A stretch of DNA of 60,642 bases, filler included. It is 3 parts of 3 records of this genome, joined end to end, with 100 filler letters (N's around TTAATTAATTAA, not from the genome) between each part and the next. Parts side by side here need not be neighbours in the genome. Positions count along the whole stretch, not along the records: positions 27,332 to 48,414 come from SRR20825019_3004; positions 48,515 to 60,642 come from SRR20825019_3009; 1 more part is not named here. One strand, given 5' to 3'. Positions 44,107 through 54,296 of the stretch are shown one piece after another (within the stretch, counting starts at the first letter, position 1; each line of letters opens with the position of its first letter). Made by a program: the position numbers and the translations under genes. The notes under the pieces were generated by a model. The model was not told the DNA's origin. It did no database searches and was given only the letters and a program-made list of their open reading frames with translations.

Positions 44107-46560
44107 ATGCGCGCAACTGCGGTTCTGGCATGCTGTATTCTATTGTTGCTGATCTCCAGCAGCGAGAGCAGCAGCGCTTACTCTCATAGTGTAAAGTTTA
44201 GCGACGAGATGTCCCTGTCGTGGACGATGGACACCGCGAATGGTGTGTTGCATGGTATGCTGACTGTGGAGCAGGAGAGCTGCTGGGCTGGTATCGCGCT
44301 CAATGCCAAGGTGGCCGGGATGAAGGGGTCGTCCTACATCATTGGTGAGCTCAAGGACGGCAATTACGAGGTGAATGACTACGTCGCCGGACCGAGGGAC
44401 GGACAACCTGTTGCACACAGTGGTGCAAAGCTAACGACAACAGAGAGCCAAGATGTGCAGCCCGGGCGCAGTGTGTATCGGTTTGTGCGCAAGCTGAATG
44501 CTGGCGCGGACAGCGCGCTACTCTCAATCAAGGACAGTGAGCCTCTGCAACTCGCATACGCTTACTGTGGTAAGGAGGGCCAGGCAAAGAAGGGACCTCA
44601 CAACGGCAATGCGGGCAAGTATGGTGCCGTGGATTTCTTTACGGGATCTTCGGAGAAAACGAATGATAAGTGCGGTGGCTGGTGGGTATTCCCAAATTGG
44701 TCCGTCCTTATCGTTGCGGGAGTGCTTGGGTTGTCTGCGTTGGCGTGCTCGCTTGGATGCCTCTGTGATGCTCGCTCGACGAGGCACCCATGCGGCTTTG
44801 TGACTTTGATTGCCTTCCATGTAATGTTGACTGCTTCAATTGCTGTGAGCTCGGTGCTGTGGCCATTTGTTCAAAGCCGTGACCCCATAAGCTTCAAGTG
44901 GCATGGTGTTGATTGCGACCTCGCGCTGTGGTACCTCATGATGACCGTGCTGTCAGGGGCTGTGATAGTAATGCCATTCCAATTAGTGCGCGTACTGAGG
45001 CAACCCATGCTTGGCCGGTTGTGGTCATCCTCGTTCTTTCCATGGTTGTCATACGGTGAATGTTTGGGCGTTTCATTCTACCTCATTATGAATATCTGGG
45101 CTGTATTTACTTGGGTGGGCGCTCCTCACATGGAAGGTCTGTCCTGGTATGTGGTGTTGACTCGAGTGGTTGGACATCTCACGGAGATGAATCTGGCAAT
45201 GGCTATTCTTCCTGTCACCCGCAATTCTGTATGGACTGTTCTTACTGGAGTTCCATTTGAGCGAGCGATCCGTTACCATCGCTGGTTGGGATCGGTGGTG
45301 TTTGTTTTGACCACCCTTCATCTTTTGGGATGGTGGGTAACTTGGAGTGTGAATGTTGGCTTTGGTGCTGCCATGAAATGCCAATTTGCGCTTCAATGTG
45401 ATGGCGGCATCTCTATTGCTGAAACCAAAACAGTTCTGTGGGGAGGTTTGTCGTATCTATTCATGCTAATTGTCATCGTGTTCGCGTATGAAACCATTCG
45501 CCGCAAGTGGTTTGAGCTCTTCTACTACATCCACCATCTCTTCATTGCAATCATTGTCTTCGCGTCACTTCACAGTGCCACCGTCAACAGTGGCAAGAAT
45601 GGCCGGCTGCTGTACTACTTCGCATTCACGCTTTCTTTGTACTTGTGCGACAAGGCCGCGCGATTCTATTGGTCAGCGGTTCGGACTTCACGAGTGCAGT
45701 CTCTGACTGTACTGCCAAATGGAGTCACCCGTGTTGTGCTTGGAAAAAAGATGACATACAAGGCTGGACAGTATTGCTTTGTGTGCATTCCCTCCGTCAG
45801 CGCTACGCAATGGCATCCGGTCACCATCAGCAGCGCGCCTAATGATGATGTGGTGACATTCCACATTCGCGATATGGGGACTGGGACATGGAGCGCTCGT
45901 GTTAGAGCCTTGGCACGTGATGTTTCCATTGGCAAGATTGAGAATCCTCTTATTTCGTTGGAGGGTCCGTATGGCCACCCCGGGATCTCGGTGAAATCGG
46001 GTCACAACAGGCTCATCTTGTGCGCCGGTGGCATCGGATTCACGCCAGTGGCATCGATTTTGGCAGATGCTCTCAACCAGGCGGACGAGCAAGTTGCCAA
46101 CGGCAGCAAGAGTGCTTCTACACCTTTTGTACACGTTGTATGGGCTGTCCGCTCTGTCGAATGCGTTGCCTGGTTCGAAACCCTGTTAGAGCGTGTTGAG
46201 TCCCACACAACCAGTGGGGTGCTGGTGGATATTTATATCACCAACAATGCGAGGCCTAACAGCAACTACAGCAGCTCTCAGACCATGGAGGATCCCCTTC
46301 TTTGCGACCAGCAGAGGTTTGAGGTGATGCGTATCTCAGAATCCAAGAATGTTGTGTATCATGAGGGCCGCCCCAATTGGGAAGAGGTGGCTCAGGTCAC
46401 AGCTAACGATATCCGCAGTGCGGAGCCGGTCCACGGCAAAGGCCCCGTTGGATTGTTTGTGTGTGGTGTTGAGGCAATGGTTGGTGATATTGTGTCTGCC
46501 TGTTCGAGAAACCTTCGGTCATCTGAGCACGACATCCATAAAGAGACGTTCTGTCTGTAA
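44107..46560 (+). CDS. DOMON-domain ferric reductase (NOX/FRE family)
   Basis: Signal peptide; DOMON (LSWT, WAGIAL..GMKGS, GPH); TM heme histidines (YHRWLG..LHLL, IHHLF..LHS); FAD site HPVTISS; NADPH sites EGPYG, AGGIGFTP, GRP, VCG, ETF. Confidence 0.92.
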   Translation: MRATAVLACCILLLLISSSESSSAYSHSVKFSDEMSLSWTMDTANGVLHGMLTVEQESCWAGIALNAKVAGMKGSSYIIGELKDGNYEVNDYVAGPRDGQPVAHSGAKLTTTESQDVQPGRSVYRFVRKLNAGADSALLSIKDSEPLQLAYAYCGKEGQAKKGPHNGNAGKYGAVDFFTGSSEKTNDKCGGWWVFPNWSVLIVAGVLGLSALACSLGCLCDARSTRHPCGFVTLIAFHVMLTASIAVSSVLWPFVQSRDPISFKWHGVDCDLALWYLMMTVLSGAVIVMPFQLVRVLRQPMLGRLWSSSFFPWLSYGECLGVSFYLIMNIWAVFTWVGAPHMEGLSWYVVLTRVVGHLTEMNLAMAILPVTRNSVWTVLTGVPFERAIRYHRWLGSVVFVLTTLHLLGWWVTWSVNVGFGAAMKCQFALQCDGGISIAETKTVLWGGLSYLFMLIVIVFAYETIRRKWFELFYYIHHLFIAIIVFASLHSATVNSGKNGRLLYYFAFTLSLYLCDKAARFYWSAVRTSRVQSLTVLPNGVTRVVLGKKMTYKAGQYCFVCIPSVSATQWHPVTISSAPNDDVVTFHIRDMGTGTWSARVRALARDVSIGKIENPLISLEGPYGHPGISVKSGHNRLILCAGGIGFTPVASILADALNQADEQVANGSKSASTPFVHVVWAVRSVECVAWFETLLERVESHTTSGVLVDIYITNNARPNSNYSSSQTMEDPLLCDQQRFEVMRISESKNVVYHEGRPNWEEVAQVTANDIRSAEPVHGKGPVGLFVCGVEAMVGDIVSACSRNLRSSEHDIHKETFCL

Positions 46561-46636
46561 TAAATACTTACGAAGTCCGACATTAGCCAATATTGGGACT
46601 CTAACCATATTTCTGAGGGCGTTTGTAAACTTTTGT

Positions 46637-48257
46637 TTATTCCCAGAAGGCAAGTACCTGCTCTGGGGTCTCGCGTTTCTTGAAGGTGGTGAAAACAAAC
46701 TTGCCATTAACATCCTCATAGGCGATGAAGGCCGGGGCGCACCGGCTGTTGTACCTTGAAAACATAGAATAGGTGTAGCTACCGGAGTCGTGGACGACAA
46801 CTAGAAAAAGAGAGTGAGCCCAATCCTTGCCCAACCCCTCACCAACTCACTCATATCTCCCATTTCAACCAGAGGCATCGCACGATTCGTGGCCATCAAA
46901 TCACCGCTGAAGCACAGAGGGCCAGCAATATCCTGATTCACATCCTTGCCCTGCATTTTGCGGTCATGATTGGCCCGTCGTGGATAATTTAAGTACATAC
47001 CTCCTTGGGGGCAAAGTTCGCCTTGCCATCAAGAACGGAAATGCGCAAGGGCCACTTTTCTGGAAGGTAAGAGGGTCTGACAAACAGATCCGCGCCAGCA
47101 TGAGTGGTTGCAATAGGCCGGCCACCAGACACTTTGGTAGTTTCGACATAAGACACAGTGATTCCAGGCTTAGTCACCAAGGAGCGGCCCATTTCTGTCA
47201 AGATCTTAAACTCGCTTGTGAATACCTCCGGCACAACCTCCTTCATGACCTTGCTGTAATCCTCAAAGGAGGGATATGTTTCGTCACCGCAGTAGTTCAC
47301 CGGAAGCCTGGTGAGTCGCCATTAGAGAGCTCGCCATGCCACCATCAATTACTTACCCTCCACCGATGTCCAAAGTCTCAATTTGCTGGCGCCCCAGTAC
47401 CTTGTTCACTTCACGGGCGAAGTCGACAGTACGCTTAGCACCATCGGCAATGAGGCCTACAGGGCAGCCCTGAGAACCCACATGGCAGTGGAGGCCCTTG
47501 AGCCAGGAGTTGTTGCGGAAGGCCTCGATCAGTTTCTCCCTATCGGAACACTCAGGACAGGACTAAATTGGGAACGCATAGCGGTGTCTACCTGTGGTCC
47601 AGGAGAGCAGTGCCGAATTTGGATGTCGCAGTGGCAGTGCTAGTCACAGCGATGGAGCCGCCACCGACTTGAGGGTTGATGCGGATGCCGACGCGGGCCT
47701 TGGACTCAAGCTCGGGATGTTTCTTCAGGAGTTCAGCGACGCGGTCGACCTCTATTCGCAAGATCAGAAGTGCACTTCAAGGCAGCACTGGCCAAGCATA
47801 CCTTGGAAGTTGTCCAGATTAACATAGATTCCAAGCTCGAAGCTCTTCTTTAGCTCACTACCAGTCTTGCAAGGTGAGTCAAAAATAACCTTCTCTGCGG
47901 GGAATCCGCAATTCAATGAGTGTAGCACTTCAGTAAAGCTTGCGCACTCAGCTCCAAGTCCGGCCTTCAAGGCTTCCAGCATCACCTTTAAGACGAATCA
48001 ATACTCAGATTGCGGTAATGCACATGAATACTTACTCCTTTGACGGGGTTCGCCTTCACGGCATAAGTGTGCGTAACGTTTGGATGGCTAATGGATGCGA
48101 GGCAAGCCTTTGCGTTGGCCCGAAACACGTTCAAATCAAAAAACTGGGCAATAGGGGCTTCTTCGGGGTCGAGGAGACCTTGTGCGAGAGCAGAATGGAC
48201 GACTGGTACCACACGTTGGGCCCATGAAGAGGAATAGGGAGTGGTGTTGACGCTCAT
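46637..48257 (-). CDS. Fold-type III PLP decarboxylase (diaminopimelate/ornithine decarboxylase family), multi-exon
   Basis: YAVKANP (PLP lysine), ECAS..E, FDSPCK, SKFG, HCHVGSQG, DIGGG, EMGR, AGPLCFSGD, SGSYT..SRYN. Confidence 0.88.
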
Positions 48258-48414
48258 GATGAATTTAGAAGTGGAGAATGCTGCGCAGAGACTTACGGAA
48301 ATTATATATGAGCAGAAGCCAGGCTCCAGTTGTCAGACGAGGTGGGTTCGGGAAGTGTGAAGTGACGAGCTCGCCGTTGGCAGAGGGGAGGTTGGGGGGG
48401 GGGGGGGGGGGGGG

Positions 48415-48514
48415 NNNNNNNNNNNNNNNNNNNNNNNNNNNNNNNNNNNNNNNNNNNNTTAATTAATTAANNNNNNNNNNNNNNNNNNNNNNNNNNNNNN
48501 NNNNNNNNNNNNNN
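48415..48514. other. Artificial contig-joining linker
   Basis: 44 N + TTAATTAATTAA + 44 N, preceded by G21 (48394-48414). Base composition changes abruptly after it. Confidence 0.97.
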
Positions 48515-49019
48515 CCCAGTAAATTTTTTGGTACATATTTTAGGGTGTTTAACAAGTGATTCCGGTTAAGAAAATTTCCCAAAAAACCCTTATTTTATGG
48601 TAAGATACATGTCGCTTAAATGAAATTCGCGTTATAAGATTACTATATACAAATATTACAAATGTTCCCTGTTATGAGATTATAACATCAAGAAGTAGAA
48701 AATGCTAAAACTTCTTAAGTTTAAGTATTCAGAAAGATTCAAGTAAAATTGTAGCTTTTTTAAAGAATGATCAAATATTACCAAAGATAAAAAAAGCAGT
48801 TTATAGTCAAAAATTTACAACTAAACATAATGACTACAATACAAAAATTATTATTAAGTTTATTAATATTAATAATACTATTATATAGATTGTTTAAAAT
48901 TATCAAGGCTTATTTTGAACAACTATAACTTACTATAAGGTGATTGAGTTAGTATTTAATTCAATTTTTATAAAATCATCATCTTATTATATAAGCTTAA
49001 TACTGCATTATTTAAAATC

Positions 49020-51950
49020 TTATAAGGTTATAATATTACTATCATTAATTAAATCATCTTCATTACATATAACTCCTAGTTCTTTAAGAGCATCATCATA
49101 TCTTGAAAGAAATCCTAAAAAACCATCAGAGTAATTATTATGGCTATAAGTAAATGCTATAATAGCAGCTTTCACCATAGGATCTTTATCTGTAGTTACT
49201 TCAGCTAAATTTCTAGCTATAATATAAAGTAATTCACTAGGTAAATCTGTTATACTCGGTTTGTTTTCTTTATTGATAGGTTCAGCATTAGAAGATTCTG
49301 AAAATAAGTCTTTACAGGTAATTACTATATTTTTTAAAGCCAGGATGTTGATACCTCTATAAATTTCTATATGTTCAAGGTACATTTTAAATCCATCGCC
49401 ATCAAATGTTGGCCATTCATAATAAGGATCATGCATAGTTAAATATATCATTGACTCTAAATGACGGTTACTGTGAGCTATTGTAAAGGCTAAATCATTA
49501 CAAGCGTGTATAATATTTTTCTTATTTTCAGAGTACTGGTCTAAATCTATTAAGTATTTCATAATTTCTATATGACCATTACTTGATGCGCCTACGAAAG
49601 CAAGGCTAGCATAATCAGAAATCATATTTTTTTTAGTTTCTGGATCTTGTATCAGATCAATTAGATATTGCAATACCTTAATATGACCATTTACAGAGCT
49701 GGCTATAAAAGCAGCATTATTCTCTGAATGAATCATGTTACTTCTAATTTCAGGATCTTGTGTTAAATCAATTAGATATTGCACAATCTCAATTTGGCCA
49801 CATCCAGCGCATGTTATAAAAGCAGCATTATTTTGGGAATGGATCATAGTATTTCTGGTTTCTGGATCCTGTGTTAGATCAATCAAATACTTCATTACTT
49901 CTATGTGACCTTGAATGGAAGATGATATGAAAGCTACATCTTCTCTAGCATGAATCATTTCTTGAATAGCTTCTTGGTCTTCGGTTAAATCAATCAAATA
50001 CCTCATATTCTCTAAATGACCATAGCATGCAGTTAATATAAAAAGATCAATATTTTTTGCATGAGACAGAGATCCAAGCTCTAAGGTCAAATCATTGTTA
50101 TTTTCTATGGCTTCATAACTTTTATTAATAACTGAGTCTGATGCAGCATTATTAAAAACTGTCATATCTCTAATTTTACTAATGAAATTGTTTTTAATTT
50201 CTGTAATAGACTGATATTTACTATCAAAAAATTCTGAAACTTTATAGAAAAGTCGTTTTTCATTTTTGTGAGCCGCTAAATGATTTAGAGATAGCTGTAA
50301 GTTATTTTTTGCATCATTATTATCAGGTTCAATCTCTAATGCTTTTTTGCAGTATTTTAACGCTTCATCATTTCTTCCTAAGCTCCTTAAGTCATATCCT
50401 AAGTTAATATATGCAGAAACAAAATTGGGGTTTAAATCTAAAGCTTTTTTGTAACTTTCAACAGCTTGCTCAGTCTGACCTAAATTCTTAAGTGAATGTC
50501 CTAAATTATAGTATGTAAGAGAGCATTTATTATCTAAATCTATAATTTTTTTAAAGTATTCAATAGCTTCTTCATACCTATCTAGATTACACAAAGTCAA
50601 ACATAGCTTGTTATAAGCACCAATATATTTAGGGTCTATTTCAATAGCTTTTTGATACCTTTCAATAGCTTTTTCAGGTTTACCTGTTTTCATATGAGAA
50701 TCTCCAGCATATTTGTTTGAAATGGCTAATGCTTTCTTAAGGTTATATTTGCCTTCTTCAATATTTTCCAATAAACATTGCGATATAGCAATGTTACTAT
50801 ATGCCATAGCGCAGTCTGGGTCTAGATCTATAGCTTTTTTATAGAACTTTATAGCCTCCTGGTGTTTGCTTGAGATAGTCAAAAACTCTCCTATTTTATT
50901 ATATATTGTAGAATATTTAGGATCTAATTTTATGTCTTTTTTTATGTTTTCTTTAGAGTTTTTACTTATTAAGAAATTATCTGATGTAAATCCTACTACT
51001 TCATTTGACACTTTAACTATTTCTGTTTCTTGAACATTTTGTGGTTCTTGATTTAATGATATTGATTCATTATAAAATATTTCACCTCGGTTATCTTTTA
51101 TTGATTCATTAATATTATTGTTTTTAAAGTTTTCTTTATTTTTTATATTTTTTTTTAAATCATCACGAGAAATATTAAAGTCAACATATGAAGTGCTACA
51201 ACCAGTTTCTAACTCTTGGGCTTTCTGAAAGTAATTTGTTGATTCTGCACTATTTCCTAAACTTCTAAGGGCTTTACTCATTTCATTATATGCTAGAACG
51301 AATGTTGGGTCTAATTTAATAGCTTTTTTGTAACTTTCAATAGCTTCATTGTATTTACTATTAATATTAAGAGAATTACCCATATTAAAGTATAAAATAG
51401 ACCATTTTGGTTGTAGTTCTATAGCTTTTTTATATCCTTCAATAGCTTGATCATCTTCCCCAATATAATATAAAGAATTACCTATTTTATTATAAGCAAT
51501 TGCTAATGATTTTTTGTATAACTCTAAAGCTTCTTCAATTTTACCAGATTTTCCTAGAATATTACCAATGCTTACATATGCAATAGAACATTGTGGATCT
51601 AACTCTATAGCTTTATTATAGTTCGTTACAGCGCATTCAGTATAATCTAATTTACTATAACAAAATCCTATGTTGTAGTATGCTAAAGCATTCTTTTTAT
51701 CTAGCTCTATTGCTTTTTTACAGCAGTCTATAGCTTTACTATATTCTCCTAAATTACAAAGTGACAATCCCATATTATTGTAAATAGTGGAATATATAGA
51801 ACTTAACTGGGTATCGTTCTTAGCATTTGTAAGACATTTCTTGTAGGCTTCAACAGCTTCTTTATAACTTCCACTTTTGTAATAATCATTTCCAATATTA
51901 AAGAATGTAAAATCAGTTTTATTACCAAATTTTTTAAATAAATCTTTCAT
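49020..51950 (-). CDS. TPR + ankyrin-like repeats + C-terminal F-box-like motif; candidate secreted effector
   Basis: Two TPR blocks (YKKAIELDP..AY.N.G), six 37-aa ankyrin-like repeats, and SITDLPSELLYIIARNL. ATG at 51950 follows an RBS-like AGGGGT; the ORF track begins at an upstream TTG. Confidence 0.85.
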   Translation of the reverse strand: MKDLFKKFGNKTDFTFFNIGNDYYKSGSYKEAVEAYKKCLTNAKNDTQLSSIYSTIYNNMGLSLCNLGEYSKAIDCCKKAIELDKKNALAYYNIGFCYSKLDYTECAVTNYNKAIELDPQCSIAYVSIGNILGKSGKIEEALELYKKSLAIAYNKIGNSLYYIGEDDQAIEGYKKAIELQPKWSILYFNMGNSLNINSKYNEAIESYKKAIKLDPTFVLAYNEMSKALRSLGNSAESTNYFQKAQELETGCSTSYVDFNISRDDLKKNIKNKENFKNNNINESIKDNRGEIFYNESISLNQEPQNVQETEIVKVSNEVVGFTSDNFLISKNSKENIKKDIKLDPKYSTIYNKIGEFLTISSKHQEAIKFYKKAIDLDPDCAMAYSNIAISQCLLENIEEGKYNLKKALAISNKYAGDSHMKTGKPEKAIERYQKAIEIDPKYIGAYNKLCLTLCNLDRYEEAIEYFKKIIDLDNKCSLTYYNLGHSLKNLGQTEQAVESYKKALDLNPNFVSAYINLGYDLRSLGRNDEALKYCKKALEIEPDNNDAKNNLQLSLNHLAAHKNEKRLFYKVSEFFDSKYQSITEIKNNFISKIRDMTVFNNAASDSVINKSYEAIENNNDLTLELGSLSHAKNIDLFILTACYGHLENMRYLIDLTEDQEAIQEMIHAREDVAFISSSIQGHIEVMKYLIDLTQDPETRNTMIHSQNNAAFITCAGCGQIEIVQYLIDLTQDPEIRSNMIHSENNAAFIASSVNGHIKVLQYLIDLIQDPETKKNMISDYASLAFVGASSNGHIEIMKYLIDLDQYSENKKNIIHACNDLAFTIAHSNRHLESMIYLTMHDPYYEWPTFDGDGFKMYLEHIEIYRGINILALKNIVITCKDLFSESSNAEPINKENKPSITDLPSELLYIIARNLAEVTTDKDPMVKAAIIAFTYSHNNYSDGFLGFLSRYDDALKELGVICNEDDLINDSNIITL
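49440..50045 (-). repeat. Intragenic tandem 111-bp (37-aa) ankyrin-like repeats
   Basis: TGACCAT recurs at 49573 and 49684 (111 bp apart). Consensus AF..S..GHIE..YLIDLTQDPE...MIH..NN. Confidence 0.85.
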
Positions 51951-52427
51951 ATTACTTTTTACCCCTAATTTAAAATTGTTATATGATTTTGAACTATGAT
52001 CATAGCACAAATATATAATTTAGACAAGTACTTGATAATTGCAGTACAGTCTATAAAGATATTGAAAGTTAAAGCTAATATGCTTATATTCTATGTATGA
52101 ATTATATAAAAGTTGCATTTTCTGAATATAAGGATAAAGCATATATGATCATAGACTGAATTAGTTTTGAGTGTATAAGTGCATTTTCTGATAAATAATT
52201 AGCCCATCTCTAAAAGAATAAAAAACATAACTATGTAAATAATTATTAATGATTTTATGCATCATTTAGTATGTCCTTTTCATGGAAAGTAAATATTTCT
52301 AGATTGATTTTACTTTTCTTTTATAGCAAATATACTAAAATGCTATTTTTTAAGGAAATAACCGTTGGCTTTAATAACTTGAAATTATTTCTTTAATAGA
52401 GTTTAATCAATATTTAAGTATTATTAT

Positions 52428-53414
52428 ATGTTTCCTCTAACACGCTTGAGACGAAATAGGAAAGATAAATGGATCAGGGATTTAATTGCTGAAACTAGTT
52501 TATCAGTTGATGATTTAATATTGCCTTGTTTTGTAATAGAAGGTCATAATATTAATGAGGAACTACAAAATATGAAAGGGGTATATAGAATGTCAATTGA
52601 TATTCTCATAGAAAAACTTAAATTAGCTACAGATTTAGGTATTAAAGCAGTTGCATTATTTCCGTATATTGATGACTCACTTAAAACTTCTTGTGGAAGT
52701 GAGGCATTTAATCTTGATAATCTTATATCAAGAACAATAAGAACCATAAAAATTAATAATATTAATATAGGAATTATTGCTGATGTAGCTCTGGATCCTT
52801 ATACCTTGTCTGGTCATGACGGGATTCTAGTTGATGGAAAAATCGATAATGATAAAACATTAGAATCTTTATCTAGGCAGTCCTTAGTTCTTGCAAAAGC
52901 AGGTGCTGATGCTATTGCTCCATCAGACATGATGGATGGAAGGGCTTTGACTATTAGAGAATATATTGATGATGAGGGTTTTAGTAATATAAATATATTT
53001 TCATATTCAGTGAAGTATTCATCAAGTTTTTATTCCCCGTTTAGAGGAGCAATAAATGCATCTAGTAATTTAGGACCTGAAAAAAAGAATACTTATCAAA
53101 TGGATAAAAGGAATTTTAAGGAGGCATTAAGGGAGGCCGAATTAGATGTTCAAGAGGGCGTTGATGCAATAATTATAAAACCGGGGCTTCCTTGCCTTGA
53201 TGTTATTCATGCAGTAAGTAATCTGCATCAAGTACCTGTTTTTGCTTTTCAAGTTAGTGGAGAATATGCAATGATACAAAACTGCAATAACTTAGATATG
53301 GATCCAAAAGAAATATTATTTGAAAGCTTGATATCATTCAAAAGGGCTGGCGCGAATGCAATATTCTGCTATGGTGCTATAGATGTCGCAAAACGAATAT
53401 CTGAACATAAATAA
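52428..53414 (+). CDS. hemB: Porphobilinogen synthase (ALA dehydratase), Asp-rich non-zinc type
   Basis: RLRRNR, ADVALDPYTLSGHDG (Cys ligands absent), APSDMMDGR, KYSSSFYSPFR, YQMD, IKPG, QVSGEY. Confidence 0.97.
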   Translation: MFPLTRLRRNRKDKWIRDLIAETSLSVDDLILPCFVIEGHNINEELQNMKGVYRMSIDILIEKLKLATDLGIKAVALFPYIDDSLKTSCGSEAFNLDNLISRTIRTIKINNINIGIIADVALDPYTLSGHDGILVDGKIDNDKTLESLSRQSLVLAKAGADAIAPSDMMDGRALTIREYIDDEGFSNINIFSYSVKYSSSFYSPFRGAINASSNLGPEKKNTYQMDKRNFKEALREAELDVQEGVDAIIIKPGLPCLDVIHAVSNLHQVPVFAFQVSGEYAMIQNCNNLDMDPKEILFESLISFKRAGANAIFCYGAIDVAKRISEHK

Positions 53415-53439
53415 CTTCTCTACTTAAATCATATATTTT

Positions 53440-54072
53440 ATGGAAAAATTTCTAAAGATTGTAATTATTTTTACACTGCTAATATTTGGTGTATCTATAT
53501 ATTTCATAGTTAATAACAATGTTTCTTATGATAAGCCAGTAGCTGGCAAAGGTAGTACAGTAAACAAAAATGATATAAATATAGGAGGAGAGCCTTTTAC
53601 TTTAACTGATCATAATGGCAATATTTTTACAGAACAAGATTTAATAGGAAATCCAAGTATGGTATATTTTGGATTTACTTTTTGTCCAGATGTATGTCCA
53701 GCTTCACTTGAAAAATTTGCTAAGATCTTTGATACTTTTAAGAGATATTCTATGAAAGTTAAGTTTATATTTATTAGCATTGACCCATTAAGAGACAGAC
53801 CAGAATTACTCAAAAAATATCTTGAATATTTTAATGAGGATTTCATAGGCCTTACTGGTAGTGAAGAAGAAATAAAAAAAGTTGCTGATTCATTTAAAGT
53901 TATTTACACAAAATCTAACTCTTTAGAAAATAAAGATGATTATATGATGGATCATACTACTCTTCTTTATATATTAGATAAAAATGCAAAGTATCAGAAG
54001 CATTTCTTTTTAAATTCTACTCAACAAGAAATAGAAAATTACATAAGATCTAATAAGAATCTTTTATTTTAA
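53440..54072 (+). CDS. SCO1/SenC copper chaperone
   Basis: N-terminal TM, YFGFTFCPDVCP, ISIDPLRD, YMMDHT. Confidence 0.95.
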   Translation: MEKFLKIVIIFTLLIFGVSIYFIVNNNVSYDKPVAGKGSTVNKNDINIGGEPFTLTDHNGNIFTEQDLIGNPSMVYFGFTFCPDVCPASLEKFAKIFDTFKRYSMKVKFIFISIDPLRDRPELLKKYLEYFNEDFIGLTGSEEEIKKVADSFKVIYTKSNSLENKDDYMMDHTTLLYILDKNAKYQKHFFLNSTQQEIENYIRSNKNLLF

Positions 54073-54296
54073 TGTCTAAATAATAAATTTTTTAGTCGTT
54101 TATCATTTATCATTTATTTATAAAATTCACTATATTAGTTTATATAAAATATTGATGAAGAAAAAATTTATAATATAATAATTTAGATATTAAATAATAA
54201 AGATTAACTAATTTTTATTTATTAATTTATATAATTTATCAACTTAGATATAAAAAATTAATACCAATTTTTTAGAAATTGAAACAAAAAGATTAA

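Noticed and set aside
1300-48257. Non-standard genetic code or frameshifting to explain broken ORFs
   Set aside because: The breaks I resolved are explained by short GT-AG introns, and TAA, TAG and TGA all end genes.
48415-48514. Bacterial DNA integrated in the protist chromosome
   Set aside because: The junction is an artificial N-padded linker, identical to the one at 27232-27331, so adjacency has no biological meaning.
49440-50045. CRISPR array
   Set aside because: The repeats are degenerate, in-frame 111-bp coding units without unique spacers, and no cas genes are present.
52403-52417. CtrA box TTAA-N7-TTAA upstream of hemB
   Set aside because: Expected by chance in intergenic DNA this AT-rich; no supporting context.
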